Source of the DNA: Neodothiora populina
Lineage: Eukaryota
Direction of reading: 5' to 3'
Length of the DNA: 64,000 nucleotides
Assembly: GCF_041146345.1 (NCBI RefSeq)
Contig: NW_027191413.1
Location: forward strand, 2,728,001 to 2,792,000
This document shows positions 52,100 through 64,000 of the stretch, piece by piece. Each line of letters starts with the position of its first letter. Within the stretch, counting starts at the first letter, position 1. The notes beneath the pieces are model-generated. The model ran no database searches, had not been told where the DNA came from, and saw only the letters and a program-made list of their open reading frames with translations. Both the position numbers and the translations under genes were made by a program.

Positions 52100-55000
52100 A
52101 TGAAGTTCGCCAAGTGAGGCTGGCCTGCAGACGCGATGCGCCTGATGTGTACTTTTTACTGACTCCAGCAGGGAATTGGATCAGGATCTGGTTCCGGAAT
52201 GGAGAGTGAAATATCTGGACTACAAAGTTGGTCGCCCTTGTAAATAAAAGACGTGATTTCACAAATCGCTAAAGTGGAAGGCAGACGGGAAAGAAGAAGC
52301 TCAAGGCTATCGCTCGCGCCCTTCGCAATGTCGATAGAACACCGCAAACGGGCAATAGACCAGATACGGCTCAGGCTGCTTCTTCGACTTTCAGAAATGC
52401 ACCATTCTATACCTTCTTGAATCGGTCCAACACTCACGACTCGGCCGATGGCCCAATCTCTTCCGGCGCAAGACCGACATCCACCTTATCACATCGGAAT
52501 ACCTACGACGCCGACGACGACAATCACAGGAATGCATTGACAGCTAGCCGGTCGCAACCTATACCAGCAGCTGCTTCCGGCGATGGAGAGCGGACTCCGT
52601 TGCAGCGTGGAAAGGATGGAGACGGACGCTCTGTGAGCCAATATGGTAGCATCATAGCGAGTCCGCCCATGAGCAGCCCTACATGGAGTCGTGGAGGAGC
52701 TTCATCTCTGAGACTCCCTGGTCCAGCCTTGGATCCGCAAGTGTCAAGAGACTCGGCAGATACTGTTGTTCCGAGGCCTCGACGTGCTGTCAGCCACCAA
52801 AGCACCGGAAGCGCTTATCAGATCGGCGACGATGCCCCATCGCATCAATCTCCTCTCGCGCCGAGATACCGCAGTATATTCCAGCCGAAGCGTGTTAGTT
52901 CCATGTCCGGTCTCGAAAACGGACATTCACCCGCCCCGGAATCTACTACGAAAAGGGCCTTTACGTTCATGGGCTCGCGATCTATCGCACCTAACGACAT
53001 TGCACTAAACGCTTATCGCGAGGTCGACTTCTGCCAGGCCGACTTTTTCTCATTTTTGGACAAAGAGCTGGACAAGATCGAGGATTTCTACAAGCAAAAG
53101 GAGGATGAGGCTACCGATAGACTGAAAGTGTTGCGAGAACAATTGCACATCATGCGAGATCGCCGTGTGGAAGAGCTCCTCCACGCCGGATCGCCTCGAG
53201 ACAAGAGCACCAGTCGTGATCGACAAGTCGCCGACGGGGACGAAGTCATGTCAGGGGACCATTCGAGGAACAACGGCGACGACACCAAGCGGTTACTTCA
53301 GAAAGGACTGCGAGTAAAACGTTCTAATGCTACAAAGACAGCTCAGTCTATGAAGAAGCTGGGGACGCCTTCGGGACCAAGACCATTGGATGCTATGCAG
53401 GATTACGTTCGTCGCAAGAAGTCACCCGAGGTTCCCTACCGAGCGGCAAAGCACAAATTGAAAATCGCCATGGCCGAGTACTATCGAGGATTGGAGCTGC
53501 TGAAGTCCTATGCACTACTCAATCGTACTGCCTTCCGAAAAATCACGAAAAAGTTCGACAAGACCGTCAATGCACGTCCGTCCGGAAGATATATGAGTGA
53601 AAAGGTCAACAAGGCGTACTTTGTCAACAGTAGTATTGTGGAAAGTCACATTCAGGCAGTGGAGGACCTGTATGCTCGCTACTTCGAGCGTGGCAATCAC
53701 AAGATCGCAGTCGGCAAATTGCGTGCCAAAGGAGTGCGTGCTGGAGACTATACCGGTGGTGTCTTCCGTAATGGAGTGCTTCTGGGTATAGGTGCGGTGT
53801 TTGCCATACAGGCCGTGGTCTATGGAGGAGACTTGACCTTCGATCCTGATCCTGTGCTTGCGATTCACACCAGCTACCTTCTGCAGGTACGAGCTGCTCT
53901 CCTTTTTGTGTTGTAATACCAATGCTGACGGACCACCAGATATATGGTGGATACGCTATGATGTTACTGCTCACTTTACTGTTCTGTCTGGCATGTCGAG
54001 TCTGGCAGCGAGCCAAGGTCAATTATGCGTTCATTTTCGAATTCGACACCCGTCACAACCTCGATTGGAGACAATTAGCTGAGGTAGGTGGAACGGCAGA
54101 TTTCCTACGACCTTGTTACTGACTCTAGTAGATACCCTGTTTCCTGTTCTTCTTGCTTGGACTCATGATGTGGCTCAACTTCAGCCGTTTTACCAGTGAC
54201 GCCATGTACATATACTGGCCAGTGGTACTCATAGGTCTCTCAGTTCTGATCGTCTTCACCCCATTCCCAGTGCTCTATCACAAAAGCCGCTTCTGGTTCA
54301 TCCGATCCAACGTATGTATATCATCTTGCTTCGTCTTGACGACCGAGGGCATGACTAACATCGTGTAGTGGCGCTTGCTCGTAGCCGGTCTGTATCCCGT
54401 CGAGTTCCGAGACTTCTTCTTGGGAGATATGTATTGTTCGCAGACTTATGCGCTAGGGGTAAACTTGCATGATCGAATGAAGAGTTGCACTTGATCAAAC
54501 TGACCATGAGGGCAGAATCTCGAATTGTTCTTCTGTCTGTATGCACAGCACTGGAATAATCCGCCACAGTGCAACTCGTCACATTCACGCTTGCTAGGGT
54601 TCTTCTCGACACTGCCGGGTATCTGGCGTCTCTTGCAATGTCTACGCCGATACTGGGACACGAGGAATGTCTTTCCGCATCTGGTCAACGGCGGAAAGTA
54701 CAGTTTCACAATATTGTACTATATGAGCTTGAGTCTGTATCGCATCGACAAGACGAACTCGCTCCGGGCAATGTTTATATTCTTTGCGACAATCAACGCA
54801 ATCTATTGCAGTGTTTGGGATATAGTCATGGACTGGAGTTTGATGGATCCCTATGCTAAACACCGCTTCCTTCGCTCGACGCTAGCCTTCAAGTATACAT
54901 GGTGGTATTATATCGCCATGGTCATCGATCCCATCATCCGATTCAACTGGATCTTCTACGCCATCTACGGCAACACAACGCAGCATTCCAGTGTGGTCTC

Positions 55001-55827
55001 GTTCATGGTCGCCTTCAGTGAGGTACTGAGACGTGGCATGTGGACGCTGTTCCGTGTCGAGAACGAGCATTGCACAAAGTACGTATTATCCTTCTCGGTC
55101 AGGTCACGCCGGCATGCTAATAGAAGACAGTGTTGGGCGATTCCGCGCTTCCCGTGATATACCTCTCCCTTACGAGGTCTCGTCGACCTCAGAGGACAGC
55201 CTTACCAGCAAGCCCTCAGATGAAGCCAATGGAAGACCAACTAGCAAACCTGACGAAGAGTCACAAGCGAATCATGCACCTCGACCCTCTGCGGAGCTCG
55301 AGCCGGTCGCTTCTCGCACAAGTGGCATCGATGCCCCAGGCAGGACTGGAACTAGCACTACACCTCGTCAACGCAGGTCTACGATGGCAGGTGATTCACC
55401 TGTTGGACGGGCGTTTAGTAGAGTCGGAACATTGCTTCACACTGCTCACGCCCAGGACTTCGAACGCAGGAGAAAACCCGAACTTGGCACAGGTGTTGGT
55501 AAAGATATTGGAGAGATAGATGACGATGACGACGATGAGGATGATGACGACGACGACGACGACGAGGATGAAGCGGAGGAGAGGGCGATGGCCTCAGAGA
55601 CAGAAGAGATTGGAGAGGCAATGGAGGCCAGAAGACAACAACACCACAACCGAAACCACAGTCACGACGGAAGACTACGGGCTGGCGCAGACGTCGATAA
55701 TGCTACCAACGGCAGCCGAGTGAGCCCTGCAGCGGGACGAGAAGAAGCGGGAGATCAGGCGGGAATTAGAGATGCCGAGTCCGGGCAAGGTGAAGACGCA
55801 AATGGCATCAACCACAGACAATTCTGA
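52100..55827 (+). CDS. SYG1: SPX-EXS domain protein (Syg1/XPR1/PHO1 family, putative phosphate exporter); about 7 introns
   Basis: SPX: MKFAKEL...VPEWRVKYLDYK.GKKKLK, FF.FLDKELDKIE.FY and LLKSYA.LNRTAFRKI.KKFDK. EXS: VNY.FIFEFD, VEFRDFFLGD, LQCLRRY.D, HL.NGGKY, WDI.MDWSL and EVLRRGMW..FRVENEH. Confidence 0.95.
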
Positions 55828-56646
55828 GGCTGTAGCAGAGTGTTTGATCGAGGCTAGCTACAGTAGGTCCAGCAGACAGGTAGCAGCACATTACAGTACA
55901 TGTGTCGTCTCGGCAATAATGTCAGGAAAGCCGGGCAGGGGCTGGTTGATACACGAGAATGCTGCCAAAGCGCGTCTCAAGACCGAAGGGCAGCCGGGCG
56001 ATCCCTCCAGGGAACGTTGCGCGTTAAGCATTCGACACATATAGTACCTACCTTACCCTACCTATCTGTCCGAACGACGCGGGCTGCCGTGTGCCAGATA
56101 CGAGAAAAAAGGAAAACGTCATGATAAGAGACAGCAAGCTCAGTCAGCAAAGCTTCTTCTCTCGAGCAAGCGCCGCGTCGAGGCGCCGTTGATGGTCAGA
56201 TGTGATAAAAGATTGCGATTGGCGTTTGGTTCAGGAGAGATTTGCAGTGATGCACCAGTAAATACCGGCTGGAGCGGGGTTCGAGCTGGACCCTTTTGTT
56301 ATTCGTCGCAACCTGAAACTCTGAAAGCCGCATCGCGTTACCCCTGTGGAATTCAAAATGCTCTGTACTGTACGGAGACAGTAGAGTAAGGTAGCTAATC
56401 AATTACTAGTCTAGTCTGACCTAAACCGGAACCTGAACCTGGACCTGAACCAAACAACACAGGTCTTTTTCTGGCCCCTCGTGCCCGTACCTGACGTCTG
56501 AACGTGTAGATGAAGCTGCCAGCGATCCTGCACTTGTCTATCTTCTTGTCTTTCTTTCCCTGCCCTGCCCTGCTTTACTTGTCTCGTCTTTTGGAGAGTG
56601 AGAGATTCTGATACTGTAGATTTCTTCCCCTCATCTCTGCAAGCTC

Positions 56647-56666
56647 TGTGTGTGTGTGTGTGTGTG
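56647..56666. repeat. (TG)10 microsatellite upstream of the F-box gene (a (CTCTTG)n tract follows at about 56753-56776)
   Basis: Read directly. Confidence 0.9.
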
Positions 56667-56997
56667 TTTCAGGCAGCCAATGCCTTTGCTGACAACAATC
56701 ACTTGTCCACTTTTTTTAATTTCCACAGTCACTGCCACATTTACCGTGACTGCTCTTGCTCTTGCTCTTGCTCTTGCTTGTTGCCTTGCAGCGGAATATC
56801 TACTTTTCGACCTTCTTTTCTAGTCATCCGTCCTTGCGGCGGTTTGACGTGAACGAGCTTTCTGCCTTGCTCTCCCTCTCTCTATCTCTCGCATTTACAT
56901 TCACATTCACACTCGTATCGACCAAGCCCGCACACCCACAAGCTACCTTCCTTCGCTTTGAACCACAACTCATCGGCCATACCACATCCCGCCCACC

Positions 56998-58828
56998 ATG
57001 GGTTTCCTAAAGCACCTGCGATCCAAGTCGCGTCTCCGAGATGATCACCACCACGTCACCCCGGCACGCAACTCAGCCAACCCCGCCAGGTTCGGTCGTG
57101 ACTTTAGTTCGAAACTGCCCGATGCGATACTACAGAGGATCTTTGTCCAGATATGCCCCCACACCCAGGACGACACATACGAGCCCAGCGAGAGGTCATC
57201 AGTAGGCGATGGCTGCATGCTCTGTGACCTCCGAGACATGGGCAACACTGCTCGAGTGTGTCGAAGGTGGTACAAGATAGCTCAGGACATGCTGTAAGTC
57301 TCCCGTTACCACAAGCAAAAGCAGAGGCTGATGATGGCGAACACGCAGATACGGGAGCGTACGCATAGACGCGGTACATTACTGTGACCTGGAAGAGATA
57401 TTGGCGGAGAAGCGACAGAAGAAATCTTTGTTCAAGGCGGTTGTCGAGTCTGGGGATGTTCCTTCGATCAGACTTGGTCTTTTCTGTCGAACAGTACGCG
57501 AATCTGCTGTTCTAGGATCGAGAGTGACCCTGCTCAAATTGCCATACATGACACGCGAGACGTGCAAGGCCGACCTCGCCCGTACCATCTCTGCCTTGCC
57601 CAACCTCAGATACGTCGACCTTCCCGATGGCGCCTTTACTGGAGACCCGGGGTGTACCACACTTGTGCACGAGCTGCAGGCGAGATGTCCAGATATCAGA
57701 AAGATGAGCTACAGGAGCGGGTCGGAAGCTTCGTTTGAGCTGCTGTCTCACCGATGCTGGCAGGCTCTCGAGATCCTAGAGCTCGACAACATCGCCGTCG
57801 AGCCCAGCACTCTCCGTATCGTGCTCGCCTCTCTGCCCACCCTTCACGAACTCACCATCTCCGACATCGCATGGCTTGACGACTCCATCTTCTCTAGTTC
57901 GCCGATGCTGCCCGAATTCCCACCTCTACAATCACTCTCGCTCGAGAATACGCCTCTTCTCACCTATCAGGGCCTGGTGCAATACGTGACCAAGCCGCAG
58001 AACAGAGCTATCCTGTCGAGCTTGTCATTGAACAACACCGGAGTTGCGATCCAGGATCTCCACGCTGTCGTATGGGAGGCTGCCTCGCTGACTTTCCTTG
58101 CCGTCGTCGAGACCGTCACCAAATCCCTTGCCCTCGAGCTTGCCGACCTCCCTCCACTCACCTCCATCACTCTCAAGACGTTGCACTTTGAGATTACTGA
58201 TTCAGATGATGCTCACGGCTTGCAGAAGCCGGCTGCTTCGTACTACGCCTACCTGGCCCAGTCATTGCAAGGCAACGCCATGCCTGCGCTGACCCAGCTC
58301 TATGTGCGCGATCCCGACTTTGCAGAGCTGATCCTGCTTCCTCCTCCACCAACCCCCTTCGCCGAGGGCGGCATGCGCGCAAGCACGATGAGCATCGGAC
58401 CACCAAGAGGCATGAACCAGCCCCTCGAAGTCTTCAGCAAAGGCCTTGATGAGTTGGAATGGGTTTTCACGGCCATCACACCCTCTCCCGCCCCTGGTAA
58501 GCAAGCATCTGCCACCGGAGGCCGACCGATGAGCGCCTACAGCGCCTCTCGCGGTCTGGGTCCTCAATGGGCTCAGGGTGGTTTCGGTGGTGACGCACGC
58601 AAGAGTGTCATTGTCGGTAATGGGTTCGGCGGTTTTCTCGCTGTCCCTCAGGAAGAAGCACCAAGACCCATGTCTGCGGGCGGCAACCATGACCAAAGAC
58701 GCGACTGGGCGAACAGCAGTGTTGGAAGCGCGAGCAGTAGGATGAGTTGGCTGAAACCACCGCCTAGTCTCGCTAACGCCGGTGGCGGTCACGCACGCAA
58801 GGGAAGTCGACAGGATCTATGGCGATGA
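56998..58828 (+). CDS. F-box / LRR-like protein; exons 56998-57293, 57349-58828
   Basis: F-box with an insertion (KLPDAILQRIFVQICPH...CMLCDLRDM...ARVCRRWYKIA...LY). LRR-like segments follow (LPNLRYVDL, LEILEL, LPTLHELTI, LQSLSLE). Confidence 0.85.
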
Positions 58829-60055
58829 GAAGCTTTTTTTCCTTTTCTTCTTTTCCCTTTCTCTTCTGTCTTTTCCTTTTCGTGAAGGGTATGATCATGA
58901 AAGAGAAACGCAAAAATGTGGTGAAGAATGGTATCACGGTCGCATCATATTTTCCTTTTGATTTCTCTAGATTTTTCTTTTTCGGGTCTATCTGCTACAC
59001 CAGGTCTGGACGGGCAAGGGAAGTGCGAGTGGGTTGTGATAGGTAGGCGAAGGCTGGCGTGGACAAAAGGTGCTTGACCACAACCTGACTCCCTGTTTCC
59101 ACACGGGGTGTTGGGGGAGGGTGTCATATCAAGGCGCTGACGTTGATTTTTTTGGAGCAGAAGCAGAAGCAGAAGAAAATCCCCCATAACGAAGAGTATA
59201 CCCAATTTCCATCTTTTTCCCCCCACTCCCTTTCCTGGTTCCGTCACGCGAAGTCTACCTGGCAGTACCGTCTTATGGCGAACAGAGATATAGCCACCTT
59301 GCTTGCCCTTGGCTTGCATATCTGCCTGTCATTCCATTATAGTGTCGACCGCAAGAGAGAGAAGTATGGTTCACAAAGGCGAGCCATGCGCGGACGCCGA
59401 CTGGTGAGCTAATCACTAAAGGCAAAAAAGGAAGAGTAAAGAAATAGAGAACAAGAGGGAAAGAGAGTCAATGTGGACAATGTGAGTCCTGCTCGGCGTC
59501 CCGACGATGGATGTTAATTGGTGATGTCCTCTTGACTCTCCTCTTGACTCTTCTCTCGACTCTTCTTACAGGAGTATGCCTTTTGCTCCGCGGCAGTTAT
59601 CAGTGAATATAAAGAAAAAAACGGCCGCGAGGACGACCTTCTCTCTCTCTCTCTCTTTCTCCGTTATCATTCTCATTAAACCTTACTAACGCAACCAACC
59701 AACTCGTAGTTCAAACACCTCGTTTCGCGCAGCTTAATAAACCTAGAAACACTTGATTCCTAAATAACAATCTCAGCTTATAGCCCTACTGCCACCGAGC
59801 ATACGACAATCGCAGCTCGGTCGGATTACTGATCATACCTGCCTGCCTGAAGGCTTCCGGACGGACGCGTTGATTGAGAGGAAGACAGACACCAAGCAGG
59901 CAGGCACAGCAAGACAGATACAACTGCTCTCATGATGGCGATATCTACTAGTACTAGATGCTGGAGCAAGGCATGGTGCTCTGGCATCTCCGGCCGAGAT
60001 CTCTGGGAATGAAGAGGGATTTGTCGTAGACCTGTTCGTGGACCTGTTCGTAGCC

Positions 60056-60116
60056 CTGTCCTGGGGCTGTCCTGGGGCTGTCCTGGGTCTGTCCTGGGTC
60101 TGTCCTGGGTCTGTCT
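60056..60116. repeat. 11-bp minisatellite CTGTCCTGGG(G/T) x about 5.5, next to a 12-bp GT(A/G)GACCTGTTC x2 at 60026-60053
   Basis: Read directly: ctgtcctgggg x2, ctgtcctgggt x3, ctgtct. Confidence 0.9.
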
Positions 60117-63100
60117 CGGTACTTGCCATGTGTACCGTCCTTCAGCAAAGGGTATTAGACAGTGAGGTTGCCAGGACCAGGTCAATAAGCCTTCACCTAG
60201 ATACAAGACTGGAGAAGAAGCAGCAGGCTGTGGTTATAACCAAGACGGAGGAGCAGCGAGATGGTGGAGCTGAAGCATTGGGCGAGTGAAGCGGTTGCCT
60301 GTTCTCTTCACTTTGGATATGTTGGCTTGATCCTGCTTGATGCGTTGGTCTTCGTTCTTTGCTTGCCCTCTGCCTTGTTTGTTCACTTGGGGTTTATTGC
60401 GGTATATGTAGTTCACTATCACATGAGGACAGTTGGTGGCACTACAGCAATGGGATATGAGTCGTTCTATGTTCTCGTGGGGAAGGACATAGAGTACCAT
60501 GTGCGCGGGTCTATTGAGATTACCATTTTATTCCTGTAGACTAAATCAAGCGATGGGGATGGGCGTTGGTATGTAAGATATATAACAGGTAGTTTGTAAA
60601 CGAAAGGGCATTACTGTTCTTCATTTCTTCGAGTTGTTAAGTGCACAGTGATGATTTATCGAGGAAAAGCATACTCAGAGCCATCAAGAGAAGTGAGTCG
60701 TTAGAACGGGCGAATGTGGAACACACAATCAGATGAGCAATATCGAAACAATATCACTGCTTACTTACTGTCTACCAGCGGCTGGGAAAGCGCAGTCATG
60801 AGGGACAGGGTCGCCCCATGTCTTTGTTTTTCGACATCCTCGAACGGTTCATCGTTTGCCCGGCACCGCCACATCTCAATACTCAAGGTATCCAAATCTT
60901 GATGTATGATACAGGTTCACGTCCTTCCAGGGCTACCATACCTCGACTCATTTGTTCCGGGCAAAAAGCATGGCTCGATCAATTCGCTACGCCGTTAATG
61001 TGGTTCTTGGAACACAGCCTCGGCGACATGTTAAAAGCCTACCTTGGACAATAGCCGTAACCACCAATCGCTCGCAGATTTCAAATAGTGCAGAAGATTG
61101 CAATTGCCACAACTAGTTAGACAAGTAGTCATCTTCCTTCGACGCTTCATCGTTGAACTACTGGATCCACTTCTGTATCGTGGCGGTAGCAAAACAGACA
61201 GCTCGTGCGAATCGGAGAAACAAAACAGCCAGCACAGTACTATACCGGTAAATGCAGCACTATAGTACTGCGACCTCGATGATCAAAAAGGATGCCAAAA
61301 TACCCGACCAGAACATGGAACCGTATCAGGATTCTTCTAGTAAAGCCGCTCCCAAGAACATTGCCATTCCAGCCACCACACGGCATCGTTGGCCAGAGCG
61401 GTGAACAGTGACACTCTCCTATACCATATAAGGTAAGCCGTGACTGCCGGCCCCCAAAGCAATAAGACCTGCCGTGCTGCTCACCTCATTTCCCAGGTCG
61501 CCCACATGTAAAGTAGGTAGCCGACCGAGGCTTATGTGGGGATATGCATGAGACATGTTGGATGCAGCAGCCTCATAGATTGTAGACAAATTGAGGAGGA
61601 AAGGTGGCTTGCTTGGGAGTTCTAGGGTTATGCAAGACCATTGACCAGGTAATCCATGAGGAGGCAGTCGGAAATACGGGGTGAATATGCGTACGTCGGT
61701 TGGGTAGCAAAAAAGACATCGCCGCGTAAGCCTCTTGCATGTCTTGTACGTAGCCGGACCCCACACATGCCTTGCATCTGCTGCAGTCCATCGGACTTTG
61801 CTCCGCATTCGACGTCCAATTATGCCTCAAATCTCTTATGTATGGAGTGATCGTTCTCGTATAGAGATTGGTGGATCTTAGACATCCCCGGGTAAACAAT
61901 CAGATTGATATTCACACGTAAGACAATGCCGGAAACACTGCCGCTAGGGTTACATTGATTATGTGCCTTCTGTAGCCGGCCGACATAGTAATGTACTTGT
62001 ACGATGATGAGACGCATCAACAAGCTGTAAGCTGCGGGATCACGCATGCAGATGACCGGCATTGCGACATGCATGGTCACCGGCAATCAAAGCCATAACG
62101 AAGAGGGGTCGTGTACCTGTAGTTGGTCGGACTCAAGTCCGTATAGTAAGCAGGTTCCCGTCGGAGACAGTACCACAGCCAATATGATTTGAAGGTCGTA
62201 TTAAGTGAGACGCATCTGGCCGTGGGCTTCAGGCATATTCGCATCACCAGGTGCCTTGATAACCGCCGCAGGAATGGAACTGCTGTCATGCACTGTTTTT
62301 AAACAGCGGATTAATCGATCTGTCAATTTCACACAATATCAACGTTAGCCTCTGTTGCGCCTCAAGATCGAATCTGGAGGAGAAGTCCAGACCACTCGTA
62401 TCGGCAGGCTGGGGCTGTCCAGGAGGTGGACCCGGGTGCCTGTACGAGAGCCCCAATTTTGTGCTATTAGGCTATTCGGTCCTAATCGTACGTGATCCTT
62501 CGATGTGTACCTAGCAATAAGAGCTGATCGGCTGGGTAGGCTAGCAGAGCCGCGTGCGCTGAAGCATGCAACTGCTTGCATCACTTAGCGACGCTCCAAT
62601 TCCATACTACTGGCACTGTGAATGGGTCGCTCAGCACAGCACACGAAAACGTTTGCAACCTGTGATCGCGCTGAACTGTACCGTCGCCACGTACGCTCAG
62701 GTCTGCTGGGATCACGATGTACGCTCGACATGAAACGATGGTCGGTCGATGCTCATCCTCCTCTCATAGCCTGCGCCTGCGCTCGATCAGGACACGAGTT
62801 TGTGCCAATAATACTGATGCAACATCCGCAGGTTTGCCAATTACCTCTGACTGACACCATCGGACCGCATGCATGGTGCCTTGACCGCCTACTTTATGAT
62901 AGTCTATGGTCAACAAGTACTTGGCACCTTCAATACAGGCCCGAATACATTAGAAACAAAGAGACCTTGACAGAACAAACGTTCTCCGGGCTAAGAGTGC
63001 GGGCAGGTTGACATACCATTCCGTTGGAGGCCACAGGCCTACCGACATGAATCTTTGCACATTCGCAACACAAAGTCGGGACACAAATGCTCTGGTGGCA

Positions 63101-64000
63101 CCGACTCCGACGGAGCTGCTTCTAGTAATTGGATTGCAGCAGCTTCATGGAGTGAGCGCCAAGGACTTGCAGTTACACCTGGCCAGGTCTGCATCTTCCA
63201 AATGATTCGCTTCCGTAAGAAGTGTTACTGAGCAGTGCGACAGCCTTTTTCTTTGCGAGAATAGTGCTGCATGCATACATCACGATAAGTGGTCAGCATT
63301 CTTCAGCTCTAGGATGGTGCCCTCTCTGGCCCGCTTTCCTGGCGTAGTGGAAGGAAAGAGAGATCTGAAGGCGAGAGTCCTGTCTCTATTGCGCCCCGAG
63401 CTGGCCTGTGATTGAGTTCAATGAATCTAGGCATGGGTAAGCATCGTGAGTCTGCGCAGCTTGGCGTGCATCGCCGAGTCTCGGCAGTATTGGAAACTGG
63501 GGTCATAGTGGTGGTAGTGGTCGTCGTCGTCGTCGTCGTTCTCGCCGAGCTTGCAGGTACGTGTCGTGCCCTTGACTCGGAGCTATCTCGTGAGCGAGCA
63601 GGCGTTCGCTGTTACAACTCAGGTATGCTACGCTATCAAAGTAGTAACATGTGGAACCTCCAGAAAAGGTGTCCTCGATGCGACCCGGCTAGATGGGGCT
63701 TGCTTTGCGACGACCTGGATATCTGGGACATTGCTCGCCGAGCTGGCTCCACACAATGGTAGGATCTCAACGGCGACAATGCTAGAGACAATATTGTACT
63801 TGCAATAAGGGACGATGCCCTAAAACAGCGGCATTTTGCCAGGCGACGGAAGAGCCTAGCCTTGTGTACAAGTTTCTTGTTCGTTACACTTCCGGTACGT
63901 GAAGCACCCGGCAAGGGGAAGGTAGCGCCGGGGCTACTGCCATCTGCTCGCACTTATGAAAGCCTAACCTTGTCTACAACGTATAATTTGAATTTATGCT

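Noticed and set aside
55519..55570. (GAC/GAT)n trinucleotide run
   Set aside because: It encodes an ordinary poly-Asp tract in the disordered SYG1 C-terminus.
56220..56295. GGTTCGAG T-loop-like motif (also at about 4043)
   Set aside because: No cloverleaf, acceptor stem or A-box can be built.
61622..61952. Two CTAGGGTTA matches (TAACCCTAG on the minus strand) as a possible telomerase RNA template or telomeric relic
   Set aside because: They do not match the UAACCCUAA template I recall for Pezizomycotina, matches this short arise by chance, and I saw no supporting pseudoknot or tandem TTAGGG.
1..64000. Stop-codon readthrough (TGA CTA) creating cryptic peroxisomal PTS1 tails
   Set aside because: None of the stop codons I checked has the TGA-CTA context, and the extensions I translated (PDI, AACS, OBAP, DOT1) do not end in an SKL-like motif.

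Overview
Gene-dense, intron-containing chromosomal DNA from a filamentous ascomycete (Pezizomycotina; Dothideomycete-like by impression only). Introns are short GT-AG with CTRAY branch points. I can reconstruct 23 protein-coding genes, almost all conserved housekeeping loci. In order: EBP2 (5' part only), HSBP1-like, an RFTS-domain Raf2/DIM-7-like protein, PUS4, PDI (TigA/ERp38), a large GPI-anchored Ser/Thr-rich wall protein, TFIIIC tau138, acetoacetyl-CoA synthetase, DUF1264/OBAP, DOT1, a centrin-like EF-hand protein, a NAP/Vps75-like chaperone, a mitochondrial alpha-ketoacid dehydrogenase kinase, an uncharacterised F-box-like protein, GTP cyclohydrolase I, CTK1, SPC3, HAT2, XRN1, a carboxylesterase-like protein, CipC, SYG1 and an F-box protein. 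I recognised no tRNA/rRNA, transposon, RIP-like AT block or secondary-metabolite cluster, and I see no clear novel multi-gene system. The best leads are single-locus: a CipC with a prion-like (G-Y/H/P-N-Q)x13 tail, an alpha/beta hydrolase lacking its catalytic Ser and His, the RFTS + C2H2 heterochromatin-adaptor-like gene, and a possible unannotated spliced transcript or small peptide near 59.7-60.4 kb. All gene models and family calls come from reading motifs by eye, with no database search.
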